A stretch of DNA of 50,892 bases from Promethearchaeota archaeon (GTDB taxonomy: Archaea; Asgardarchaeota; Lokiarchaeia; Sigyniarchaeales; SOKP01). The stretch is taken from positions 1 through 50,892 of the forward strand of contig SDNY01000008.1 of assembly GCA_004524535.1 (NCBI GenBank). The letters are read 5' to 3'. Made by a program: the position numbers and the translations under genes. The notes under the pieces were generated by a model, which was not told where the DNA came from, searched no databases, and worked only from the letters and a program-made list of their open reading frames with translations. Numbering within the stretch: the stretch's first letter is position 1; the number at the start of each line of letters is the position of its first letter. Of this stretch, positions 40,034 to 49,023 are shown one piece after another.

Positions 40034-40786
40034 ATGACTGACCTTGGATCTAAATATTCCGAGATTAAAAGCTTTTTATCAATCCCCGACGACCGATTTG
40101 ATTTGGAGGAAACTATAAACGCAACATTTGAATCGGAATCGGAGGATAAAAAATTATATGTCCTAGGTAAAGTTATAAATTTTATAACACATTTTGCTAT
40201 GTTTAAAGAAATAAAACCTTTCATGAATTCTGTTTTTATTTGTATTAAAAAGACTTTAGAAATAAAAACGCAAAATTTAGGAGACTATGATGAATTATTA
40301 ATAAAAAATTCACTTATGAGATTTGTCCAAGAGTATATAACATATTCTAATTTATCACAAAAAGAGGAAATCCTTAATTTTATTGCCCGCTCATTTGAGA
40401 AATTGCAACTTCAACCTTTAATCATCAATCTTGGTTTATTACTTAAGCCAATGTATTCAGATAATGAGTATCTCAATAAAATTAAGGATTATGAAGAAAT
40501 TGAAGTCACATATATCTTAAACGATGAAAATGAGGTAAAAATAAAGAAAGAAATTGATAAATGGCTTGAAACACAAGAACTTACCTTAGAGAATCAAAAC
40601 GCCACAAGGGAACAGTTACTAGAAAAATATGATCAACTAGTTGGTGAATATAACCTTTCAAAAGAGTCCAAATCATATCAGAAATTAATAAAGGAAGTTG
40701 AGGAAATGCTTGCTATGCGACTTACTGTTATGAGTTTGATGGAGTCTATAGATGAGTCATTTGAACCTATTCCAATTAATAAATAA
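40034..40786 (+). CDS. hypothetical alpha-helical protein
   Basis: 250-aa ORF with host-like composition; no recognised motif. Confidence 0.75.
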   Translation: MTDLGSKYSEIKSFLSIPDDRFDLEETINATFESESEDKKLYVLGKVINFITHFAMFKEIKPFMNSVFICIKKTLEIKTQNLGDYDELLIKNSLMRFVQEYITYSNLSQKEEILNFIARSFEKLQLQPLIINLGLLLKPMYSDNEYLNKIKDYEEIEVTYILNDENEVKIKKEIDKWLETQELTLENQNATREQLLEKYDQLVGEYNLSKESKSYQKLIKEVEEMLAMRLTVMSLMESIDESFEPIPINK

Positions 40787-40904
40787 GCATTCGGAAAGAT
40801 ATATTGCTTTACTCTATTTTTTATTAAATGTTTTTTTTATAAGAAAATTAAAATATCTAAAGTTTTATAATTATCTTTAGAAAGAAATTAATATTATTTT
40901 AAAA

Positions 40905-42131
40905 GTGAATATTATGGAAGAAAAAGAAAAACCATTAGATCCAGAAGAAATCGAAAAACAAAAGAAAATTGTAGAAGATCTATATAAGCGAAAAAAAGAA
41001 GAGACAGAACAATATTTAAAAACTACTGAAGAACAAAGAAAGAAAACTTTTGAAGAAAGTAAATCACAAATAGAAAAATCTGTTGGTGATAAGGTATTCT
41101 TAAGTCTAAAACAAAAAGAGAAAACTGCTGAATTGAAAAAACTGAAACCTGATATGGAAAAATCTGCCGAGGCAATTAACCCTACTATTTCCGAAAGAGC
41201 TTATCTCACTGAGAGGAGAAAAGAGAAAGATGCTGAACGAATGGGTTTAAAACCAAAGATATTGGGAACAGGGCAAACTATAAGTAAATCAGTAAGTGAA
41301 AAGGCTTTTTTGATTGAGCAAAGAAGATTAAGTGAAAAACAGCGAAAAGAATTGAAGCCAGATATAGAAAAATCGGCACAAGCTATACAAGGTTCTATTT
41401 CAGAAAAAGCATTCATGATTGAAAAGCAGAAAGAAAGATCCGCTCAATTAAAAGGATTAAAGCCAGATATGAGTAAATCGGCGGAATCTATAAGTAAATC
41501 AATCGGAGAAAAAGCTTATCTTATTGAGAAGAAAAAAGAGAAAGATATTGAACGAATGAGCTTAAAACCGAGGATAATGGCTACTGGGCACACTATAAGT
41601 AAATCAGTGAATGAGAAGGCTTTTTTGATAGAGCAAAAAAAATTAAGTGAAAAACAACGAAAGGAATTGAAGCCAGATATAGAAAAATCGGCACAAGCTA
41701 TACAAGGTTCTATTTCAGAAAAAGCATTCATGATTGAAAAGCAGAAAGAAAGATCTGCTCAACTAAAAGAATTAAAACCAGATATAGGAAAATCAACTGA
41801 GGCAATCAGCAAATCTATAAGTGATAAAGCGTTTTTTATTGAGAAACAGAAGGAGAAAGACGCCCAATTGAAAGGAATAAAACCTGATAAAGAGAAATCA
41901 GCACAAGCTATACAAGGTTCTATTTCAGAAAAAGCTTTCATGATCGAAAAGCAAAGAGAGAAGAACGCTCAAATTAAAGAATTAAAACCAAATATCGAAG
42001 GAATAGGTGAAAAACTCGAATCTGAAATTGAAAAAATTGAACAGAAGAAAATCGGAAGTTCATCTGATGAGAGTAAAACTGATACAGAAAAATGGTTGGA
42101 ACAACAAAAAAAAATCAGGAAAGATCATTAA
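40905..42131 (+). CDS. 35-aa tandem repeat protein (nebulin-like S[ED]xx[YF] modules, putative)
   Basis: Eight exact 35-aa units starting LKP/IKP, plus degenerate flanking units; GTG start (ATG alternative at 40914). Confidence 0.85.
   Translation: MNIMEEKEKPLDPEEIEKQKKIVEDLYKRKKEETEQYLKTTEEQRKKTFEESKSQIEKSVGDKVFLSLKQKEKTAELKKLKPDMEKSAEAINPTISERAYLTERRKEKDAERMGLKPKILGTGQTISKSVSEKAFLIEQRRLSEKQRKELKPDIEKSAQAIQGSISEKAFMIEKQKERSAQLKGLKPDMSKSAESISKSIGEKAYLIEKKKEKDIERMSLKPRIMATGHTISKSVNEKAFLIEQKKLSEKQRKELKPDIEKSAQAIQGSISEKAFMIEKQKERSAQLKELKPDIGKSTEAISKSISDKAFFIEKQKEKDAQLKGIKPDKEKSAQAIQGSISEKAFMIEKQREKNAQIKELKPNIEGIGEKLESEIEKIEQKKIGSSSDESKTDTEKWLEQQKKIRKDH
41142..41981 (+). repeat. 105-bp coding tandem repeat x8 with 315-bp higher-order period
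   Basis: LKP/IKP codons recur every 105 nt from 41142 to 41982; 41349-41440 is identical to 41664-41755. Confidence 0.92.
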
Positions 42132-42195
42132 TTAAATCAAAATTAACAGATAAATTTTTAAAACTCTATTATTTGACAAAATTTTATTGGTTTTT

Positions 42196-42711
42196 TTATA
42201 TATTCTTGTTGAATGAAATTAAGGAATTTAAGTTTAGATTTCTTAAACGAGTTTTATATTCTAAAATTTTTGGTTCAATATATCCCTTGAAACCGTTTAT
42301 TTCGTTTTCAAATCTTTCATAAAAATCTTTCATAATTTCTTGGATTATTTCTCTTTCAATTTGGAGATTTGTTTTTTTAGAAATTCCTATACAAAGCAAT
42401 CTTCCCCTCTTTTCATAAAGTATTCTTGTTTTTTTAAAATTTACTTCTTGAATTTCTTCGTCGTTATTGTTTTTTATTTCTTTTATAAACATATTTAATG
42501 CGTTTAAAAAACCACTAATTAAATCTTCCCTATTTTTATATATCCCTGAGTTTATACCCGCGCTTTCTGAATATCTATTACTTAAAAGTAAGGATCCTGA
42601 TTGGCTATCTACAAAATAAATCGCATGAAATCTATTTTGACTGAACTCTAATCCTTCTAAATTAAATCCAAAATTCCGTTTTATTGAACCATTTTTCCAT
42701 TTTAAAGACAT
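42196..42711 (-). CDS. longin-like domain protein
   Basis: AIYFVDSQSGSLLLSNRY...LISGFLNALNMFIKEI...IQEVNF...ILYE...LLCIGIS. Confidence 0.7.
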   Translation of the reverse strand: MSLKWKNGSIKRNFGFNLEGLEFSQNRFHAIYFVDSQSGSLLLSNRYSESAGINSGIYKNREDLISGFLNALNMFIKEIKNNNDEEIQEVNFKKTRILYEKRGRLLCIGISKKTNLQIEREIIQEIMKDFYERFENEINGFKGYIEPKILEYKTRLRNLNLNSLISFNKNI

Positions 42712-42909
42712 AATTTTCAGCTTATATTTATAAATTCTCTATTAAAAGAAAAATATCCAATTTTCATTAAAAATACATAAAATATCTCTGTGATATTTCA
42801 ATAACATAAAGACATTATTATTCTCTATAAAACCAAATACAAAAAAATAAAAATTAATATAATTTATTTAAAAATTAGCTTTAAAGCACATTGAAAAAGA
42901 TTGATTATT

Positions 42910-43368
42910 ATGGGAACTGAAAGTGATAAAGGCGATGTAACGAATAAAATCTCTTTAGGTTTGATAGTGACAAAAGATAAGTTAAACAATTCTATTTTCC
43001 CTTCAGAAATTTTAAAGGAAATTTTAGATGCTCCTTATTATTTGTTAATTTTCATTTCTCGCGAAGATTTGGTTAAAGTGAGCTGTTTTCCTACAAAAAG
43101 TAAGGATATAAAAAAGGTTTTAATAAAATTAACCGAATTTTCACCGGAACCCGTGAAAGGCATACCTACCGTTTTAAGAGAACTTGATTTAAGTAAGAGT
43201 ATTTTACATACTACAGGATTATGCTACGAAATGGAAAAATGTTGTTATGAGACTTATATTAATTGCGAAGATTTAGATAGTAATAAAATTGAAATTCTTA
43301 AAGAAAGGCTCAAGGCTGTTGCGAAAGTAATTGATGTAGAGGTTGAAGATATTCGTGTTCATAACTAA
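42910..43368 (+). CDS. hypothetical protein, possible C-terminal ACT-like domain
   Basis: ILHTTGLC...CCYETYI...LKAVAKVIDVEVE; ATG at 42910 (TTG 42901 alternative). Confidence 0.7.
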   Translation: MGTESDKGDVTNKISLGLIVTKDKLNNSIFPSEILKEILDAPYYLLIFISREDLVKVSCFPTKSKDIKKVLIKLTEFSPEPVKGIPTVLRELDLSKSILHTTGLCYEMEKCCYETYINCEDLDSNKIEILKERLKAVAKVIDVEVEDIRVHN

Positions 43369-43398
43369 TAAATTTAACATAAATTAATCTTGATAATT

Positions 43399-43608
43399 AT
43401 GGCCGATAAAAAAAAACCACCTCCTCCAATAATGCCTCCTAGCAGCGTTAAAATTACAGAGAATTTTTGTCTTTTCCATAAAGGAGATATTGAAGGGGAT
43501 ATTTATCAATGCAACACTTGTAAGACAAAATATTGTCTTGAATGTGCAAAAAAGGCGAAAGCAGAAGGAAAAAAATGCATTAAATGCAAGCAGTTAATTT
43601 TTATTTAA
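43399..43608 (+). CDS. small RING-like zinc finger protein with N-terminal polyproline
   Basis: KKKPPPPIMPP followed by C-x2-H-x10-C-x2-C-x4-C-x2-C-x9-C-x2-C. Confidence 0.75.
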   Translation: MADKKKPPPPIMPPSSVKITENFCLFHKGDIEGDIYQCNTCKTKYCLECAKKAKAEGKKCIKCKQLIFI

Positions 43609-43622
43609 AAATAGTTCAAAGA

Positions 43623-44018
43623 TTATTCATTTTCTCTTTTGATTGTTGATAAAGATCGCCACGTTTTCCAAAAAAGCAACAACATTATGATAAAAATGAA
43701 TAATGCCGTAGCAAAAATATACCCTCCTATAAATGGGTCTACAAAAATCATAAATGGAATCCCTGCCATAGAAAATCCGAACATGAATCCATACCCCCAA
43801 TACCTATTTTTACAACCAATAATTACACCAGGGATGCTTGAAATAAAAATAATTGATAAAAAAGACCAAATTTCCATAAAAGTTAAAATTAATAACATAT
43901 TTAACCAAGAAATCACTCCTCCTATTAAAAAAAATACAACTGTTCCGATATCTAATTTAAATTCAGGCTCAATCTTCCCTAAAGGGCTTATTGCTTTATC
44001 TTTTTTCTTACCTTGCAT
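43623..44018 (-). CDS. hypothetical membrane protein (about 4 TM)
   Basis: Four hydrophobic segments with charged termini. Confidence 0.75.
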   Translation of the reverse strand: MQGKKKDKAISPLGKIEPEFKLDIGTVVFFLIGGVISWLNMLLILTFMEIWSFLSIIFISSIPGVIIGCKNRYWGYGFMFGFSMAGIPFMIFVDPFIGGYIFATALFIFIIMLLLFWKTWRSLSTIKRENE

Positions 44019-44210
44019 AAAAATCTAATTATTTTTAAAGTTATATTTATTTATTTTACAATTTACAATAAAATTTTTAACCGCTTTGTATAAATTTATA
44101 CTCTTCTCTTATAGTTTAATTAAAATTAATTTATATAATAGGAAATATATATACTATCATGAGATAAAAATTTTAATTTTTTTTACCATAAAATTTGAGT
44201 TGAATACAAA

Positions 44211-44246
44211 ACAAATCTAATAAATTTAATTTACAAATCTAATAAA
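44211..44246. promoter_or_regulatory. 14-bp direct repeat (ACAAATCTAATAAA x2, 22-bp period) flanking a TATA-like TTTAATTT
   Basis: Copies at 44211-44224 and 44233-44246, immediately before the structured element. Confidence 0.4.
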
Positions 44247-44248
44247 AT

Positions 44249-44367
44249 GACTCCTGCCGCACCCTGGATTTTTGTCTTTTGGTTAGCGTATTTCGGTACG
44301 CTATGATTTTGCCCTCCTCCCCCTATTTAATTTATGACCTTATCATTAGGTCTCGCTGGCAGGAGTC
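44249..44367 (+). ncRNA. candidate structured non-coding RNA (unrecognised family)
   Basis: GC-enriched island in an AT-rich spacer; 10-bp closing stem GACTCCTGCC/GGCAGGAGTC; hairpins TAGCGTA-TTTCGG-TACGCTA and GACCT-N7-AGGTC. Strand is inferred from the U(UUCG)G loop. Confidence 0.6.
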
Positions 44368-44588
44368 TCCTTTTCCAATTTATATTAATTGTTATTAATT
44401 TAAAGAGAAAAAAAATGAAAAGTAATAATTCTCTCTATTTTCGTCCCTTTTCTTAAAAAATTGAAGATTTACTTTTAATACTTTTAACAGTATTAAACCT
44501 CAGATTATCATTAAATATCATTTTGTTTATTTTATCAAATAATCTTTTATATAAAATAACTAGTTAATAATTTTCAAAGTTGAATTTA

Positions 44589-46295
44589 ATGACAGAGTAT
44601 GAGATTGTACGGGAGACTATGTCACTATGTCCAGAATGCTTGACCCAAATACCGGCTCAATTCTATATAGATCCCTCCAATAACTGGGTAATGCTTCGAA
44701 AAACATGTCCAGATCATGGTGAGTTCAAAGATAAAATTTCAATTGATGCCGATGAATATAAATGGCAGATGAAATTCACCGAAGATATCGGTTCGACAAC
44801 GGGTGAAAGTATCTCCACAAAACCTTGTGAAGTCTCTTCGGGGATAAGGAAAAGCAAGAAGGGATGTCCCTACGATTGCGGTATTTGTGAGAATCATAAA
44901 AGTGCCCCTTGTATATGTTTAATAGATGTTACTAATCGCTGTAATCTTGCTTGTCCAATTTGTTTCGCAAACGCTTCGGCAAAAGGATACGTTGTAGAAC
45001 CCTCTTTCGATGAGATCGTACGTATTATGAAACATTTTAGATCGATGAAACCAACTCCTGCTGTTTTACTTCAATTTGCGGGCGGAGAGCCAACCCTTCG
45101 AGACGATCTTCCTGATATCACCCGAGTAGGGAAAGAGTTGGGATTTATTGATATTATGGTCTCAACAAATGGGATAAGAATTGCTAAATCAATTGATTAT
45201 CTTCAACAATTGAAAGATGCGGGACTTGACACGGTTTATTTGCAGTTTGATGCAACTGACGCTCCTGAAATCTGGAAAAAAGTAAGAGGAGTTAACCTAT
45301 GGCCAATCAAGAAAAAAGCAGTTGAAAACATTCGAAAAGTTGGCGGAATTACTCTTATGTTAGTCCCAGTTATAGCAAAAGGAGTAAATGACAGTCAAGT
45401 TGGTCCTATTATGGATTTTGCGAGGGAGAATAAAGATATATGCGGTGGCATTGTTTTCCAACCAGTTTCTCTGTGTGGTCGTATAAGCTTCGAAGAATTG
45501 ATGGATTTGAGATATACCACATCAGATTTAAAAGCGGATATTAATAAAGCAACAAATAATATGATTACGAAATTTTATCCAATCGCAACATCTTCCAAAT
45601 TCACGGCATTACTAGCGTGGTTTGATGATGTACCAAACTGGTCGACTACAAGCCATCACGACTGCGGCTTCGCAACTATAGGTATATTAAACAAGCAAAA
45701 CGAGTGGGAGCCCATCGAAAATTTCGTTGATGTTGAAGGATTACTTAAATGGTCAAATAAAGTCTTCGATATGGTTCAATCAAGGAAAGTACCTAAGCCG
45801 ACCGGTCTTTTGGGAAGCCTTAATTTAGCAGATTATGGTTCAATTGCAGAAACCGTTGGAAATTTTATTGATGACATGACAAATCTTGGCTATAGGCAGT
45901 TAATGAAAGCATACTTTTTTGCTGGTCTTATTAGATATATTAAAATAAAAAAAGTAATGGATAGCACATTTGCAAAGGCCTTAAGCCAATTAATTTTAGC
46001 CCCAAATATGAGAACTGCCGGAAACTTTCTGCTTACGGGCAACATGCTCGTCTCAGCAATGCATTTTCAAGATGCGTATAATTTTGACCTTAATAGAATA
46101 AAATCATGTCTTGTACATTATGGTATAATTGACCCGGATGACCATTCTAAAGTGATGGAGATTCCATTTTGCGCGATGAATACTGTACATCGTAGTCGCT
46201 TAGAGCTTGCTCACGTAAAGAAAGGACTTCAAGCAGAAAAACCAGAAGTAATTATGGACAGAGCAGAAAAATTAATTGCAACTATCGACAAATAA
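44589..46295 (+). CDS. tes: radical SAM tetraether lipid synthase (Tes/GDGT-MAS family)
   Basis: TMSLCPEC...CPDHG, GCPYDCGICENH, DVTNRCNLACPICFA, GGEPT, MHFQDAYNFD-x2-R-x3-C-x2-HY, IPFCAMN; ATG at 44589 (TTG 44580 alternative). Confidence 0.85.
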   Translation: MTEYEIVRETMSLCPECLTQIPAQFYIDPSNNWVMLRKTCPDHGEFKDKISIDADEYKWQMKFTEDIGSTTGESISTKPCEVSSGIRKSKKGCPYDCGICENHKSAPCICLIDVTNRCNLACPICFANASAKGYVVEPSFDEIVRIMKHFRSMKPTPAVLLQFAGGEPTLRDDLPDITRVGKELGFIDIMVSTNGIRIAKSIDYLQQLKDAGLDTVYLQFDATDAPEIWKKVRGVNLWPIKKKAVENIRKVGGITLMLVPVIAKGVNDSQVGPIMDFARENKDICGGIVFQPVSLCGRISFEELMDLRYTTSDLKADINKATNNMITKFYPIATSSKFTALLAWFDDVPNWSTTSHHDCGFATIGILNKQNEWEPIENFVDVEGLLKWSNKVFDMVQSRKVPKPTGLLGSLNLADYGSIAETVGNFIDDMTNLGYRQLMKAYFFAGLIRYIKIKKVMDSTFAKALSQLILAPNMRTAGNFLLTGNMLVSAMHFQDAYNFDLNRIKSCLVHYGIIDPDDHSKVMEIPFCAMNTVHRSRLELAHVKKGLQAEKPEVIMDRAEKLIATIDK

Positions 46296-46465
46296 TTTTT
46301 TTTTCTAAATTTTTTTATATACTAACTTTCTTCCTTTAGAAATATCTTGTTTGTAATAATTGAAGATATTAAACAATATGATATTTAATACCAATATAAT
46401 TTAAATAAAGAGATTTATATAATTTAGTAGTAAGAAATTAAATAGATTATTCAAACTAATTAAAA

Positions 46466-46786
46466 ATGATATGTCCTTTTTGCAATATTGAGATGACACC
46501 ATTAGCTGCGAGAGTCTTTCAGTGTCCGCAATGTAAAAAATTAATAAAGAAGCCCGTTAGTGAAGAAGTTAGAATACAATTGAATAAAGTACGAGAAGAA
46601 CTTGTGAATATTACAGAAAGACTTATGTTTTTAGAACATAATTATCCAAGTAAAGTATTTTGCAATGGCGAAAACAAAGAAACACTTTATATTAAAAGAG
46701 ACCAAGTACGTGATAACTATCAAGCCATTTTAGACCATGAAGGATTAGATGACTACGAAGAAGATGAAGAAGTGTTCTCTTTTTAA
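46466..46786 (+). CDS. hypothetical protein with N-terminal zinc ribbon
   Basis: CPFC-x12-CPQC, then a helical region and acidic tail. Confidence 0.7.
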   Translation: MICPFCNIEMTPLAARVFQCPQCKKLIKKPVSEEVRIQLNKVREELVNITERLMFLEHNYPSKVFCNGENKETLYIKRDQVRDNYQAILDHEGLDDYEEDEEVFSF

Positions 46787-46912
46787 AAAGAAGAGTTTAA
46801 TTACGGGATTTTCTAAATGTCATTAATTTCTTTTATTTTATTATTTCTTTTTAAAATTTTTTTACCTACTTTATTTTTTCCTTTAAAATATATCCTGTTT
46901 GTGTTAATTTAT

Positions 46913-48904
46913 TCATTTATTCAAGAAGATGTAATTATGTGCCACTTTTCTTTTATCCTTCCCAGCAAGGATATGAATATGTTTAATAGTTTTAAGTGAT
47001 TCATGGGAAAAATTATCTATTGGGATATAAATAATGTCTCTATTCTTGACTCCTGCCAACGAATAGAAGTATTTTCTTGGTGGTTTTTCAGCTATATATG
47101 CAATATATCGTTGCTTAGAATAAAGGATGGCTGCTTTCAAGAGTCTTTCAGCTTTATTAATAGTATCACGATATTCATAATCCATATAAGAACTAAAGAC
47201 CTCTCTTAATCTGGGGGGAGGAAAAATGGACAAAACCCCTCCAATTTCAACGTGTGAAATTCCTGGTCCAATTAAATAATCTCCTGGAAATGTTGAGTAG
47301 AAAGCCATATCGCTTTCTCTGTCGTGTTCTGCCCACCAGGTTAATTTAAAAGGATATTTTTCAGCTTCACCATCATCCACATCGAAAATAACAACGAGAG
47401 TATCAATTTTTCCTTGAATTTGCTGCTCATTTCTTACGAAAATCTTTTTCTTAAAAGCCCAATTTCTAATCGTTTCTTTTATTGCAATTCCATCCATTAA
47501 GCTGGCCTTGAATTCCTCTATTTTAACTCGTTGATTTTTTAAATTCTTTATTGCCTTTTTTCGAATAAACGCAAAGTAATCTTCTTCGATTATGTCCTCT
47601 GGAGGCCATGATACAGTATTCCATTTGCCTTCTTCCCATTCATCCCTCCATTGCCCTTCATATTCTTCTTCCTCTTTTTTCTTCAATGGAACATCTCGTT
47701 CTTCTCCATAATCATAAGGGTGGCGTCTTCTCAATTTTATATAACGACCATTAGGGTCATATCCTCCTTCCATGCTTAATTTCATAGTTTCATACTTATC
47801 GCTTTTGTCGTCATATGGATATTTTGTTGCTTTTTTGAGAACTTTCCAAGCATAATCGTCGTCAACAATATTTTTGGAGGAAATAAGTAAATGTGTAAGG
47901 TTAGGCAAAAGTCTTTGTTCTGTTAGCGATAGATTTCTTGAATATTGAAATAGTGTTTTTAATTTATGCAGATCAACAAACTCTTTAAATTCTTCTTCAT
48001 ATTCGTATTTTGATTTTAAAAAGATCTTTCTTATATGGTCAATTTTATTATAAGACTCAAGGATTTCATATAAATCGTCTGGAGAAGCAATATCTTCTAG
48101 AATCTCCTTTGAATATTTTTCTTTAAACTTTAACCATCTATGAGTGTTATAAGGTAATTCTCTTAAGAGGAATCTTGCATCTTTACTTTTAACATTATAG
48201 AGATTTACTACTTTATGAGGGATAAGATCTAAATCAACATCTTGTATTTTTTCTGGGTTTTCTAAATAATATTTGATGTTCTCCCAATGAGCCATACCTA
48301 CGATAAATAAAATTCTATGATATAAAGGCATCATTTTTAAAAGATGAGACGCCATATAGCGTTCGCGCAGCACATCTTTTTCCATAAAATCATATTCTTT
48401 TTCCTGTTTTTTTTGATTTTTCAAATATTCTTCTAAACTTAATTTATCTCTCAATTTAATTTTCTTTGACTTATATTCCATTTCGAAATATTTCGAAATT
48501 TTTTGATAAAATAAAGGCAACCCAATTTTATTTAAGGAATAATCATCTGGAAGTTTAAAGCTTGGTGGTAAGTAGTCTGTTATAGATAAATCGATAAACT
48601 CAATGGGAATGCCAAATTCTAAACCCATACTAATAGCCTCTATAATAGAATCGCCGGGGTCGATAGGCACAAAATTCATTTTTTCTGGGTTAAGAGTATC
48701 CGCATAAGCAATTAAAGATAGGAATGGTAACCTTTCTATCCCCTCTATTACCTCATTTCTTATATTATCCGGTAGTTCAACTGCAATTACATCTGGAAAT
48801 ACCATAAAATATGCAATACGGACTAATTTAGTAAATTCTATTCTCGAATGGAAAGTCGGGATTATATATATGTTTTTATACTTAATATATGGAGTATTAT
48901 TCAT
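46913..48904 (-). CDS. conserved hypothetical protein (TraB/PrgY-like N-terminal motifs)
   Basis: PTFHSR...PDVIAVELP, RERYMA, FIVGMAHW; 663 aa. Confidence 0.75.
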   Translation of the reverse strand: MNNTPYIKYKNIYIIPTFHSRIEFTKLVRIAYFMVFPDVIAVELPDNIRNEVIEGIERLPFLSLIAYADTLNPEKMNFVPIDPGDSIIEAISMGLEFGIPIEFIDLSITDYLPPSFKLPDDYSLNKIGLPLFYQKISKYFEMEYKSKKIKLRDKLSLEEYLKNQKKQEKEYDFMEKDVLRERYMASHLLKMMPLYHRILFIVGMAHWENIKYYLENPEKIQDVDLDLIPHKVVNLYNVKSKDARFLLRELPYNTHRWLKFKEKYSKEILEDIASPDDLYEILESYNKIDHIRKIFLKSKYEYEEEFKEFVDLHKLKTLFQYSRNLSLTEQRLLPNLTHLLISSKNIVDDDYAWKVLKKATKYPYDDKSDKYETMKLSMEGGYDPNGRYIKLRRRHPYDYGEERDVPLKKKEEEEYEGQWRDEWEEGKWNTVSWPPEDIIEEDYFAFIRKKAIKNLKNQRVKIEEFKASLMDGIAIKETIRNWAFKKKIFVRNEQQIQGKIDTLVVIFDVDDGEAEKYPFKLTWWAEHDRESDMAFYSTFPGDYLIGPGISHVEIGGVLSIFPPPRLREVFSSYMDYEYRDTINKAERLLKAAILYSKQRYIAYIAEKPPRKYFYSLAGVKNRDIIYIPIDNFSHESLKTIKHIHILAGKDKRKVAHNYIFLNK

Positions 48905-49023
48905 TCAATTTTGTTCTCATAAGTTTATAATTCTTAACTTCTAAGCTTAGATTAAGTTATTTATTCTTTTTTAAAATTTATTCTTTAGGGAGTATGATCA
49001 TTAATTGATAGTAAATTAAATAC

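Noticed and set aside
41201-41941. Three similar minus-strand ORFs (MNAFSEIEPCIACADFS...) that look like a Cys-motif peptide family
   Set aside because: They are the antisense reading of the 105-bp repeats in the plus-strand gene.
41142-41981. Possible CRISPR array suggested by periodic repeats
   Set aside because: Repeats are in-frame coding units with no unique spacers, and no cas genes are present.
46817-46999. 60-aa hydrophobic ORF
   Set aside because: It derives from a T-rich terminator-like tract and overlaps the 3' end of the 46913-48904 gene.
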